Source: an uncultured Gemmatimonadales bacterium
GTDB lineage: Bacteria > Gemmatimonadota > Gemmatimonadetes > Longimicrobiales > RSA9
Assembly (NCBI GenBank): GCA_963798085.1
Contig: CAWCRS010000009.1
Span: 31,525 to 95,524, forward strand
Length of the DNA stretch: 64,000 nucleotides
Direction: 5' to 3'
Shown: in pieces, positions 28,653 through 38,970 of the stretch
Layout: each line of letters starts with the position of its first letter
Numbering within the stretch: position 1 is the first letter of the stretch
Position numbers and translations under genes: made by a program
Notes under the pieces: generated by a model
Databases searched by the model: none
What the model was told of the DNA's origin: nothing
Seen by the model: the letters and a program-made list of their open reading frames with translations, nothing else

Positions 28653-31337
28653 CTATAGCTCCTCCCGCAGGGCCAGGGCCGGGTCGGCGCGCATGGCACG
28701 TATGGCGGGCCAGGCGCCGGCCAGCAGCGCTGCGAACAGCAGTGTCAGCAGTGCGCCGGCAAAGGTGACGGGGTCGTGGGCGGAGGTGTGGAACAGCAGC
28801 GACTGGGCAACGCGGCCGAGCGCCAGCGCCGCCACGACGCCGATGGCAATGCCGGCGCAGGTCACGGCCAGTGATCGGCCGGCCACGGTCTGCAGCAGCT
28901 GCGGATTGCTGGCGCCCAGCGCTTTGCGCACGCTCAGCTCGAAGCGACGCTGCGCCACATCGAAGGAAACCACACCGTAGAATCCCGCGCCGGCGACCAG
29001 CAGCGCCAGTGCGCTGAAGAGGCTGAGCAGTGTCGCGCCCAGGCGCCAGGAGACCATCTGCTGTTCGACACGGTCCGCCAGCAGGCTGACGTTCGCGTAG
29101 CGAACGCCGGGAATGGCGCGCGCCAGCTCCTGCAGTCGCGGGACCAGCGCTGCCAGGCTCGCCGCGTGGCTTCACCAGCACCATCCTCGCCGAGGACGGC
29201 CCGGCAGCGGGATGGTGCGGAGTCACGTAGTAGGTGTCGAACGCCTGTCGTGATGCGTCGGCGAGTGTGGCGATGCGATCACTCACGATGCCGACGACGG
29301 TCGTGCAGGACGGCGTTTCCTTGCCCTTCACGAACAGGAGGCACTCGCCCAGCGCATCGCGGCCGGGCCACACCGACTTCGCCATGCCTTCACTGACCAC
29401 GACGACGGGTGGGGCCGATGCCTGATCGTCCGCATCGGTGAGGGTGCGGCCGCGCACGAGCCGCATGCCCATGGTGGTGAAGTAGTCTCTGGTCGCGGCG
29501 TAAAATGCCGGGCCTTCCGGCCCTACCGCGATGGAGTCCGGACCGGGCAGATCGATCTGCAGTGCCCACACGCCGCTGAACGGCAGGATCGACGTGATGG
29601 CAGCACTGGCGACGGTGGGCTCGGTGCGCAGCCGGTCGAGCAGTGCGTACGTGGGTGCCGCCGCCTCCTCCCCGGACACGGTTTCCGCTTCCATCTCGAG
29701 GCTCACCGCCAGCACATTGCGGGAGAAGCCGTAATCGAGTGTTTGGGCGGTGCGCAGGCTGCGCAGAAAGAGGCCGGCGCCGATCAGCAGCACGACCGAG
29801 AGCGCGGCCTGCGCACCCAGCAGGCCGCGGCGGACGAGCGCCAGCCGGCGGGTGCCGCCGCGGGCACGCAGCGCTTCCACCACATCGACGCGACTGCGCA
29901 TGGCGGGGAGCAGGCTCGTGAGAATCGCGGCGAGGGTGACGAACAGCGTCGTCGCCCACACGGTGCGCCCGCCCACCGCGATCACATTGCCGGCATCGGG
30001 CAGCAGGGTGCGGATGAGCACGGGTCCGGTCAGGCCGGCCAGCAGCAGGGCCACGCCGCCGCCAATGGCCGCCATGACCAGCGTCTGCACCATGATCTGC
30101 GTGACCAGGCGGGTGCGGCTCATGCCCAGGGCGCTCTGCACCGCGTGCCGGCGCCGGCGCTGGATGGAGTGGGCTAACAGCAGGTTCGTGACATTGGCGC
30201 AGGCAATGAGCAGCACCAGCAGCGCCACCCCGCCCAGCGCGGCGGTGACCCTCGCCTCACGCGAGGGCTGGGGCCCGCGGCCGGGAACCAGGGAGGCGAG
30301 CACCACGCGGCTGTCCGCGTAGAAGTTGCGCGTCTTCTGACGACCCAGCCGGTACTTCGCGGTCGCTTCCTCCTGGGCCGCCAGCGGGGAAACGCCATCG
30401 TCCAGGCGCGCCAGCGCCGAGTACCAGTACCAGCCCCACTGCGTGGCCCAGTCGGGGCCCGATTCGATGGCCTCGGCGGTACGCATGGGAATCCACACAT
30501 CGCTGGGGGCCAGCTCGGTACCCGCAAACCCGCGCGGCCCGATGCCGACCACCGTGTAACGGCCGCGCCCCAACTCGAGGTTAGTGCCGAGCACGCCGGG
30601 GTCACCGCCGAACTGCCGCTGCCAGAAGCCGTAACTCAGCACTGCGGCGGGCTCGGGCGCGCCAATGCGGTCCTCGTCTTCACGATAGAAGCGACCCAGC
30701 GCGGGCTTCAGTCCCAGCACCGGGAAGTACGCGGCGCCGGCAAACTCCGCCTTCACACGCCGGCTGCTCCGCCACGGCCCAGCGTGAGGTCCTGCTGGGC
30801 GTGACCGGCGACCGCGGCGAAAGCACGCGTCTGCTCGAACGCGGCGAGGTCGGGATACGCCAGCGCGCGCAGATAACCGGGGGCGCTGGCAAACGGCGAC
30901 TTGCCGTAAATGTAGATCGCCCGCACACGCTCGGCGCCGCGCACGCCTGGCGGGGGACTGAGCAGAAGCCGGTCGAGAATCGAGAACATCATGACGTTGG
31001 CGCCAATGCCGAGCCCCAGCGTCACAGCCACCGCGGCCACGAAGCCGGGCTGGCGCGTCACCTGGCGAACGGCGTGTCCCAGCTCCTGCGCGGCGGCAGC
31101 AGACAGCACGCGCAGCCGCCGGCCGTCGTTCTCGCCTTCCCAGCGCACCTGCAGGCCGGTCACGAAGACATCCCACAGCAGCGGAGCCCAGAAGCGCATG
31201 CCGCGCGCGCGCGCCGCACCACCCACGCGCTGCACGTGCGAGGCCAGCACCTCGGCGCGGTAGCGCGCGCGGAACCAGCGCGGCAGCCAGCGACTGATCG
31301 CGCGCCAGAGCAGCGAAGCTGCGGGATCGCGCACCAT
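28653..31337 (-). CDS. ADOP/MacB-like duplicated ABC permease, frameshifts near 30770 and 29160
   Basis: TLGLGIGAN, VLLIACANVTNLLL, QAALSVVLLIGAGLFLRSL, RKALGA, RADPALALRE. Confidence 0.9.
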
Positions 31338-31669
31338 CAGGCACCGCCCTTCAGTTCGCGGAGCAATGACGACTGGCGCAGCACCGCTGCGTACATGCCC
31401 AGATCCGCGGCCGCGACCCGCCGTCCTTTCGGCGTGATCCTGAAGTAGCGGCGTCGCTCATCCGCATCCGCTTCTCCCGCGGGCGCGGCCGACTCGGTCA
31501 CCAGTCCCGCGGTCTCCAGCCGGTGCAGCACGCGATAGAGATTGCCGGGCCGGACGCGCATGCGCCCATCCGTGATCTCGGCAATGCGCAGCACCAGCCC
31601 GTAGCCGTGCAGTGCGCCATCACTCAGTGCTGCCAGTGTCACCACCTCAATGGGTCGGAGGTCCGCCAT
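31337..31669 (-). CDS. PadR family transcriptional regulator
   Basis: LHGYGL, PGNLYRVLHRLE..GLV, RRRYFRITPKG; stop overlaps the permease start. Confidence 0.93.
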   Translation of the reverse strand: MADLRPIEVVTLAALSDGALHGYGLVLRIAEITDGRMRVRPGNLYRVLHRLETAGLVTESAAPAGEADADERRRYFRITPKGRRVAAADLGMYAAVLRQSSLLRELKGGA

Positions 31670-31690
31670 GTCAGCCTCGCTGTCGTCTGT

Positions 31691-31726
31691 GCTCCGGCTG
31701 AGTATAAATAGGCTCAACCGGAGTAT
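31691..31726. promoter_or_regulatory. Tandem imperfect palindromes, candidate PadR operator
   Basis: GCTC-N5-GAGTAT at 31691-31705 and 31712-31726 (21-bp period) just upstream of padR. Confidence 0.55.
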
Positions 31727-31977
31727 GCGGCAACCGGGGAGGGACGGAACGATACGCGGCCGAGGCTGATGCGTCGCCTGCGGTGTTCATCACACGGGGC
31801 CACGGGGCCAGCGGAAGATGCACAACGGGAGCAGGTGCGGCGGGTGAGCATGGGTCCGGTGAGGTGGCTGGATCGCGCAGGCGCGTGGACCGCCACCGCC
31901 GCCGCGCGGATGGTCGATGATGAATGCCGCGGAACGGGCCGCGCGCGTCCTTGCGACCCGTTCCCGTGCGGTGCTGC

Positions 31978-34518
31978 TCAGCGCCGATTGCGATCCAGTG
32001 CGTCGTCGATGCGCTGCATGACATCGCGCAGGTGTGCCTGCGCGACGCGGTCGCTGGTGCGGCCAACAGCCTGTTCGGCGCGCGCGCGCAGGTCGACGAG
32101 CTGGGCGCGGGCCAGCGCGACCAGGTCCGTGCCATTCAGATCCGGCGGGCGGAAGGCGGCCGGGATCTGCGCGATGTTGGCGGGCGGCGGTGGCGGATTC
32201 ACGATGGCCGCGAGGCGTGCGATATGCGCGCGCTGCAGTGCGCGCCGATAGGCATCACGCGCAGTGACCGCGGGGTCGTGCCACACGGCGACGCGCACGT
32301 CGTCGAAGAATTCCGCGAGCGGGTAGGCCTCGGGGCCGCCCGTCACTTCGTTCTCCTGCAGGCGTGCGAGACGACCGGAGGACAGCACCGAATTGAGCAC
32401 GCCAGCCTGTCTGCGTGTCATTTCCTGATAGCCATCGCTGCCGATGCGCGGAAGGATGTTGCCATCGAGCAGCCACATGGGTGTCTCGAAGACCTGACGC
32501 GACAGGAAATCGAGCGCGGCCTTCTGCCGGGCCAGCGGTTCGACGTGATAGACCATGCCCGGCTGCTCGGTGGATTTGAGGTCGGCGTACACACCGCCGA
32601 TGTTGGCGACGACGTGGCCCACGTAGCGTGACCATTGTGTAGTGGCTTCATCGTACAGCTCCGCCAGGTCGGTGTAGTCGTCGCCCGGCTTCGACGTCCA
32701 CTGCACGAGGTTGGGCACGATCTTCTTGAGGTTGGCCATGCCGTAGTCGCTGGCTTTCACGGCATCGTCGCCCATGTCCTCCGTCTGCGCGCGCGGGTCC
32801 GCGTTCCCGGCGCCACCCTGCGGCAGGTAGCGGTACATCGGATCGTTCGCTTTCGCCAGGATCCAGCGGTTGAGCGTGGGGCGCTCCGCTTCCGGGGTTG
32901 GCGCGTTCGGGATCACGCGATAACCCCAGTTTATCGCGTACTGGTCGTAGGGTCCGATGTGGCGCAGAAAGTCGGTGCCCTCGAGGCCATCGCCGGGCTG
33001 CGCGATGTAGTTCTGGCGCGCGTAATCCATGATCGAGGGCGCTACGCCCATGCGCGCAGAAAACGACTTCGAGCGCAGCGAATCCACAGGATAGGAGGAG
33101 CTGGCGATCATGTTGTGCGGCAGACCGAGCGCGTGGCCGATCTCATGCGCGATCACCTGCTCCATGGCCGCACACATCAGGTTGCTGTCGATGGGCAGCG
33201 ATCGGGCCAGCGGATTGGCCGCGCCGGTCTGGACCATCATCCAGTTGCGGTAGGAGCGCAGGTGGTTGTGGAACCAGACAATGTCGCTTTCAATGATTTC
33301 GCCCGTACGCGGATCGCTCGTGCTCGGGCCTTCCGCGTTGCGCGTCATGCTGGCGGCCCAGCGCACGACGTTGTAGCGCACGTCTTCGGGATCCCACTCG
33401 GGGTCCTGCTCGGGGGCGGGCGGATCCTTCGCCTGGATCGCGTTCCTGAAGCCCGCGGTCTCGAACGCCGCCTTCCAGTCCTCGACGCCGCGCTTCACGC
33501 AGGCGCGGTACTGCACGGGTGTGGCGGGGTCGAGGTAGTAGACGATCGGCTTGATCGGCTCGGCCAGCTCGCCGCGCGCGTACGCCGCGGGGTCCTTCGG
33601 CTCGAGACGCCAGCGGCGGATGAACGTCTGCGTGGCGGCCTTCTGCTCGGGCAACCCGAAATTCACGTGCTCGACGCTGAAGAAGCCGACGCGCTCGTCG
33701 GCGTAGCGCGGTCGCATGGGCTCCTTCGGCAGCAGCACGAGCGACTGGTGCATCTCCATGGACATGGTGCCGGTCTCGGCTTCCGCCGGCGGCTTCGTCG
33801 CATCGAAGGTAAGCGTGTGCTGCACCTCGACGTTCTGCGGATAGGCGCGCGCGTAATTGATGAAGCTGCGCGCCGGATCGAGACGACGCACACCCCACTG
33901 GGTGCGCTGATTCGGATCGAGACCGCTGATGGCGGGCGTGTCGCCCTCGTAGAAGTCGGTGACATCGACGACGATGCTCGTCGAGTCGGGTCCGAAAGCC
34001 TGAATCGGGAACGAGCCGATGATGGGCGCGAAGTTGTTCTCGACGACGCTCGACACGATGGCCGCCGTGTCCGCCGCCACCTGTTCGTAGGAATGCTTGC
34101 GCAATAACACGCGGTTACTCTGCCGTTCCCAGCTGACCACCTGTTCGTGCACGGAGACGCCGGCGGGCATGAGCCCGCCGATGCCGGGGGGCACCGCGGC
34201 GATGCGGCTGTTGAGCAGCATCTCGCGACCCAGCAGCTCGACCGGGATCTGGAAGAGCACCTTGTCGTTCACGCGGTACACGGTGAACAGCCCGCTGTCG
34301 GGATGCGCCGACGCCGGAATCACGTCACGGAACGGGCGAGGGCCGGTGGGCCGGGCACCGCCGGCGCGGCCTTCGCCCTGCTGTGGCGGCGTCTGCGGTG
34401 GCTGCTGCGCGGCGGCCGGCGCGTTGCGGGGGGCAGGCGAGGCGGGCGCATGGGCGCGGGTGCAGGCGCCCAGCAGAACCGCGGCGGCAAGCAGGAAAGA
34501 GTGTCGATGACTGATCAT
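31978..34518 (-). CDS. Zinc metalloprotease lipoprotein (DUF5118/DUF5117/DUF4953-type metzincin)
   Basis: PRYADERVGFF, KPIVYY, DPRTGEII, HEIGHALGLPHN, SIMDY, GPYDQYAINWGY. Confidence 0.93.
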   Translation of the reverse strand: MISHRHSFLLAAAVLLGACTRAHAPASPAPRNAPAAAQQPPQTPPQQGEGRAGGARPTGPRPFRDVIPASAHPDSGLFTVYRVNDKVLFQIPVELLGREMLLNSRIAAVPPGIGGLMPAGVSVHEQVVSWERQSNRVLLRKHSYEQVAADTAAIVSSVVENNFAPIIGSFPIQAFGPDSTSIVVDVTDFYEGDTPAISGLDPNQRTQWGVRRLDPARSFINYARAYPQNVEVQHTLTFDATKPPAEAETGTMSMEMHQSLVLLPKEPMRPRYADERVGFFSVEHVNFGLPEQKAATQTFIRRWRLEPKDPAAYARGELAEPIKPIVYYLDPATPVQYRACVKRGVEDWKAAFETAGFRNAIQAKDPPAPEQDPEWDPEDVRYNVVRWAASMTRNAEGPSTSDPRTGEIIESDIVWFHNHLRSYRNWMMVQTGAANPLARSLPIDSNLMCAAMEQVIAHEIGHALGLPHNMIASSSYPVDSLRSKSFSARMGVAPSIMDYARQNYIAQPGDGLEGTDFLRHIGPYDQYAINWGYRVIPNAPTPEAERPTLNRWILAKANDPMYRYLPQGGAGNADPRAQTEDMGDDAVKASDYGMANLKKIVPNLVQWTSKPGDDYTDLAELYDEATTQWSRYVGHVVANIGGVYADLKSTEQPGMVYHVEPLARQKAALDFLSRQVFETPMWLLDGNILPRIGSDGYQEMTRRQAGVLNSVLSSGRLARLQENEVTGGPEAYPLAEFFDDVRVAVWHDPAVTARDAYRRALQRAHIARLAAIVNPPPPPANIAQIPAAFRPPDLNGTDLVALARAQLVDLRARAEQAVGRTSDRVAQAHLRDVMQRIDDALDRNRR

Positions 34519-34687
34519 GGAAACGGACTCCGCGACTGGGGTGCGGGGATAGTGACGCTGAGAATATCGGGGCAGGCGGCCGTTGATGGAAATGAGAGCG
34601 TGTCGAAGCGCCATGCTCGCGTTTCAGGCCGTCCGCGCGCGGCGCGCAGCCGCGCGAGTCGCGGCCTCGCCTGCCCGGAGGCACCAC

Positions 34688-36790
34688 ATGCACGATCGTT
34701 CCCGATGCGGTCCGTCCATCGACCCGCGCACGCGCTTGCTCTGCAGCGGGTTGCTCGCGATGACGTTCGCTGCGATACCGCCAGGCCCGCGCGTGCCTGC
34801 CTCGCCTGCTGCCAGCATGATCATCAAGCTGGCATCCAGCTCGGTGGTCGGCGGCAACGTCCTCGGCGGCACCGTGGTGATCGATCCGGTTGCGCCGGCG
34901 GGCGGGATGGTCGTTACGCTGCGCACGTCGACGGTGGCGGTCGCCGGCTTTCTCAACCCGAAACTGGGGCCGTCCAGCGCCGTCGCCTCGACGGAGGTGG
35001 TCATTCCCGCGGGCGGGAACGCCGCGTCGTTCCAGATCAGCACGTTTGGCGTGGCGCAGGCATCCGGCGTCGACATCACGGCAGCTTCCAGCAGCACATC
35101 CGCGAACACGAGCCTCACCGTGATGCCTGCGTCCGTGCAGCGCGTCATACTGCAACCGGCGCAGGTCACCGGAGGCATCACCGTCGCGGGCCAGGTCACT
35201 CTGAATGGCGCCGCGCCCGTGAGCAAGGGCGCAACGGTCGAACTGTCGACGGGACCAAGCATTCCCGGGTCCTCGACGGCCCCGGGCGGACCACTGGCGG
35301 CTGTGCCCGCGAAGATCCCGGTTCCACCGGGCGCCAACAGCGCCTCGTTCACGGTGAAGACGACGCCGACAGACACGCGGCAATCGGTAGTCGTGGCCGC
35401 GACGCTGGGTGGCAGCGCGCAGGCGTCCCTGACCGTGCTGCCACCAACGCTCACGGGACTGTCCGTGAACCCCGGCAACGTGGTGTCCGGTGCGCAGGCG
35501 ACAGGCACGGTTTCTCTGGACGGGCCCGCGCCGCCGAGTGGCTTCGCCCTGCAGATCACGACGAACAGCCCATCCGTGGTGGTGCCGCAGAGCATGATCG
35601 TTCCGGCAGGAGCGGCGACTGCGCCCTTCCCGATCCAGACCCGCCCGGTGACCAACGCCAGCGCAGCCACGGTTACTGCCTCACCCCCGGTCGCGGGCCA
35701 GATCCTGGGGGATGGCAGCGTACGCACGGTGAACCCGGCAGCGCGGAGTGCGGCGCTCACGCTGAACCCGATGCGTGTCAGCGTGCTGCAGCTGACGCCC
35801 TCATCGCCGGGCGGCGCGATCGCCGCGCTGGGGTCGGCTGTGGCGGAGTTCGGCGGCCACAGGCTGACAGGCACGGTGCAGCTGGTGGCGCCCGCGCCGT
35901 CCGCCGGCGTCGAGGTCACACTGCAATCGAGCAACAGCATCGCGCAGGTGCCCCTTTCCCTTTCCATTCCGGCGGGTCAGAGCCGCGCGACGTTCACGGT
36001 CAACACTGCATCGGTATCGCAGTCCTCCGGCGTGAACATCAGCGCGAGTGCGAAGGTCGTGGGAGCGACCGCAACGGGCAGCACGACCGCACCCAGCATC
36101 GCCGATGGCACGTCCAACACGATCAGCGTGGGTGAGGGGTCGGCCGGGCAGGCGACTGCGCTGCTCACGCTCATCCCGCTTCCCGTGCTGAAGACCGTGT
36201 TCGTTTCGCCGTCGCCGGCGGCCGGCGGCCAGCCGGTCACGCTCAGCGTGAATTTCACGGGCGCCGAACTCGTGCCGCCAACGCTGGGTGCGCCCCAGGC
36301 CCAGATCAGCGTGAGCCCGCCGGGCGTTCTCCAGCTGCCGCCGACCGTGGCGCTCGCGCGGAATGGGACCGTGCTGACCCTGGGCGGCACCACGACGGCT
36401 TCCGTTTCCGGCAGCACGCTGGCAGCGGCCGTGGATCAGACCGTGACGGTCAGCGTGTCACTCGAAGGGCACAGTGTATCCACCACGCTGCAGGTCACGG
36501 CGCCCGTGCCGCCCATTGCCTCATTCAGCCTGCGGCCCGCCACATCGAAGGGCGGTAACAACGTGTTTGGCAGCCTGACACCGGACCCGCGCATCACGGC
36601 GGTCACCAGTGTGACGCTCAGCAGCGATCACCCCGGGCTGCTGACACTGCCCGCCTCGACGACCATCGCACCGGGGCAGACCCGTCTGCTCACCATCGGC
36701 ACCAGCGCAGTGAGCGCACCAACCACAGTGATCATTACCGCGACCGCCGGGACGCAGAAGATGACGGCAACGCTGATTCTCACGAGCTGA
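34688..36790 (+). CDS. Secreted protein of six ~95-130 aa Ig-like beta-sandwich repeats
   Basis: Repeats of type PxxVxGGxxxxGTVxLxxPAPxxG...VPxSxxIPAGxxxAxFxVxT; GGAGG before ATG 34688. Confidence 0.8.
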   Translation: MHDRSRCGPSIDPRTRLLCSGLLAMTFAAIPPGPRVPASPAASMIIKLASSSVVGGNVLGGTVVIDPVAPAGGMVVTLRTSTVAVAGFLNPKLGPSSAVASTEVVIPAGGNAASFQISTFGVAQASGVDITAASSSTSANTSLTVMPASVQRVILQPAQVTGGITVAGQVTLNGAAPVSKGATVELSTGPSIPGSSTAPGGPLAAVPAKIPVPPGANSASFTVKTTPTDTRQSVVVAATLGGSAQASLTVLPPTLTGLSVNPGNVVSGAQATGTVSLDGPAPPSGFALQITTNSPSVVVPQSMIVPAGAATAPFPIQTRPVTNASAATVTASPPVAGQILGDGSVRTVNPAARSAALTLNPMRVSVLQLTPSSPGGAIAALGSAVAEFGGHRLTGTVQLVAPAPSAGVEVTLQSSNSIAQVPLSLSIPAGQSRATFTVNTASVSQSSGVNISASAKVVGATATGSTTAPSIADGTSNTISVGEGSAGQATALLTLIPLPVLKTVFVSPSPAAGGQPVTLSVNFTGAELVPPTLGAPQAQISVSPPGVLQLPPTVALARNGTVLTLGGTTTASVSGSTLAAAVDQTVTVSVSLEGHSVSTTLQVTAPVPPIASFSLRPATSKGGNNVFGSLTPDPRITAVTSVTLSSDHPGLLTLPASTTIAPGQTRLLTIGTSAVSAPTTVIITATAGTQKMTATLILTS

Positions 36791-36965
36791 CCTCGGGATC
36801 GAGGGTCGTCGACTTCCGTTGCTGCAGCGCACCCAACCGCAGTCGCGCAACTTGCCTCGCCTGATCTTCGGATGGCGTGTCCTCGGCCGACTGTTTGCGC
36901 GGGAAACGCCGCATCGAGTGAACGGCGCGGGACGCAGACGCTTTCGCCGGCCGCCGCCACCGGGC

Positions 36966-37469
36966 TCAACGCCGGGTGGATGACGGCGTCGATGCGTGGC
37001 CGGCCAGGATGCGCCAGCCGGCGGGCCGGTGCACGAACAGCATGGTCATCGTGCCACCGAAACTGAATGCAGGCGACGACGGGTACGCCAGCGTCGTCTG
37101 GAATTCCGTCAGCACCGACGCCACGCCGGGCACCACCGGCAGGATTTCCGTGTCCTGATACTCGTGCCGGATGCTCGTGCCCGCGGGCAGTTCTGCCATG
37201 TACTTGCGCAGGTCGCCCACCGACCGCAGCTCCACCTGGCCGTCTGTTACCCAGCGCAGGGACGCGTCATTGACATAGAGCGACGCCACCGAATCCCACT
37301 GGCCGGCCGCCGAAAACTTCTGATAGGCCGCCAGCGTGGCCTGCACGCTGTCGCGAATGGCGGCACCCTGCGCCGCGGACAGCTTCCCCGGCTCGCGGTT
37401 GCAGGCCGCCAGGATCACGAGACCCATTGCTGCCGCAGCCAGGATCGCGCGCATCGTCGTCTCTCCCAC
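36966..37469 (-). CDS. NTF2/SnoaL-like lipoprotein
   Basis: Lipobox LAAC; AIRDSVQATL, GWRILAGHAS. Confidence 0.75.
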   Translation of the reverse strand: MGETTMRAILAAAAMGLVILAACNREPGKLSAAQGAAIRDSVQATLAAYQKFSAAGQWDSVASLYVNDASLRWVTDGQVELRSVGDLRKYMAELPAGTSIRHEYQDTEILPVVPGVASVLTEFQTTLAYPSSPAFSFGGTMTMLFVHRPAGWRILAGHASTPSSTRR

Positions 37470-37473
37470 GTTG

Positions 37474-37887
37474 TCAGTCCTGTTCGGGTTCGCTGCTGTC
37501 GTATTGCATGGCGCCCGCGATGTTGCCCTCCGTGTCGCGGAAGAAGATCAGATGGCCGACACCGGGCAGGTGCACCCGCGGCAGCACGATGCTGCCACCA
37601 CCGGCGACGATTTCCGCCGCCACTTCGTCGACATCACCCACCGCGATCGTGCACTCGAACCCAATGTTGCGCTCGCCTTCTACCCACTCGCGCCGCTTCT
37701 GCAGCGCACCTTGCACGCCCGGCTCCGGCTCCGAACCGGTGCGGATCTGGAAGAAGCCGGGCGGCCCCCATGCCGTGAAACGCCAGCCGAACACGCGCTC
37801 GTAGAAGCGCATCGCACGACCCACGTCGTCGGCATTGATGGCGAAGTGCGCGAGGTTGGCGGGTACGCGTGCGGGTCCGGGTGACAT
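37474..37887 (-). CDS. VOC family (glyoxalase-like) protein
   Basis: HFAINADDVGRAMRFYERVFGW, FRDTEGNIAG. Confidence 0.9.
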   Translation of the reverse strand: MSPGPARVPANLAHFAINADDVGRAMRFYERVFGWRFTAWGPPGFFQIRTGSEPEPGVQGALQKRREWVEGERNIGFECTIAVGDVDEVAAEIVAGGGSIVLPRVHLPGVGHLIFFRDTEGNIAGAMQYDSSEPEQD

Positions 37888-37972
37888 GGAGTGGCTCCTG
37901 TCGGGAGGCAGTGCGAGTGGCGCCGAACATACGTCTGTCCGCCTGTTGCTGCTAACGCTAGCTTGCCAGTTC

Positions 37973-38749
37973 ATGTCGCGAACCCGCCAGGCTCTGGGGC
38001 CCGTCGTGCGCACGGGCGTGGTGCGCTGGAGTGTGCCCTGGAACTGGCGTTCGCGGGCCAGCGACTGGGGCCACCTGCTGTACAGCTCGCATGGCATGCT
38101 GACTGTGCAGACGGAAGCGGGCGCGTGGGTAACGCCCCCGCACGAAGCGGTGTGGCTGCCGGCGCGCACGCGCCACGGGATGGAAGCGTCGCGACCCTCG
38201 ACGCTGCGCTTCCTCTACCTGCACGACAGCATTGCGAAACGCCTGCCGCGCGAGTGTCGCGCCGTTCACATTTCACCTTTGCTGCGCGAGCTGCTGCGCG
38301 AGGTCATGCGGCTGGGCACACTGAATCGCAGCGTGCTGGCGGAGCGGCATCTGCTCGAGCTGCTGCTCGATCAGCTGGTTCTGCTGCCGCGGCGCGTGGT
38401 GGAGCTGCGTATGCCGGTGGATGCGCGCGCGCTGCAGGTGGCGAACCGCATACGCGAGGCACCGGCCGAACGCCATTCGCTGGCCGACAGCGCTCGGCAG
38501 ACGGGTTCCAGTACACGCACACTCGAGCGCATTTTCCGCAGTGAAACCGGGGTATCGTTCGGCGTGTGGCGCACACGAGCCCGCCTGCTGCGCTCCCTCC
38601 AGCTGCTGGCGGAGGACGAGAGCGTCACGCGCGCGGCGCTGGCCGTGGGTTATGAGAGCACGAGCGCGTTCGTCGCCGCGTTCCGACGCGCCTTTGGGAC
38701 GACACCCGGGCGGTACTTTCCGGCAGCGGGTCCGCCGGGCGAGTCTTGA
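37973..38749 (+). CDS. AraC family regulator (cupin plus HTH), divergent from the VOC gene
   Basis: AVWLPARTRH, RTLERIFRSETG, VGYESTSAFVAAFRRAFGTTP. Confidence 0.93.
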   Translation: MSRTRQALGPVVRTGVVRWSVPWNWRSRASDWGHLLYSSHGMLTVQTEAGAWVTPPHEAVWLPARTRHGMEASRPSTLRFLYLHDSIAKRLPRECRAVHISPLLRELLREVMRLGTLNRSVLAERHLLELLLDQLVLLPRRVVELRMPVDARALQVANRIREAPAERHSLADSARQTGSSTRTLERIFRSETGVSFGVWRTRARLLRSLQLLAEDESVTRAALAVGYESTSAFVAAFRRAFGTTPGRYFPAAGPPGES

Positions 38750-38970
38750 GACGTCGAGAGGCGTTGCTGGGGCGCCCAGAGCGGCAGCGGGATCAACTGC
38801 GGGCCTTGGGCTGGGCTGGGGAAGAGATCCATGGAAGGCGTTGCGGCTCACGCGCAGCGACGAAGCATTGTGCAACCGATACTGCGTGCTGCGCATCTCG
38901 CTTTTGCGTGCAGCCGGCTCGGGTCTGCGATCCTGTTGAGCGCGGCGACGCAGCCGCTGTCCTGGCGGCA

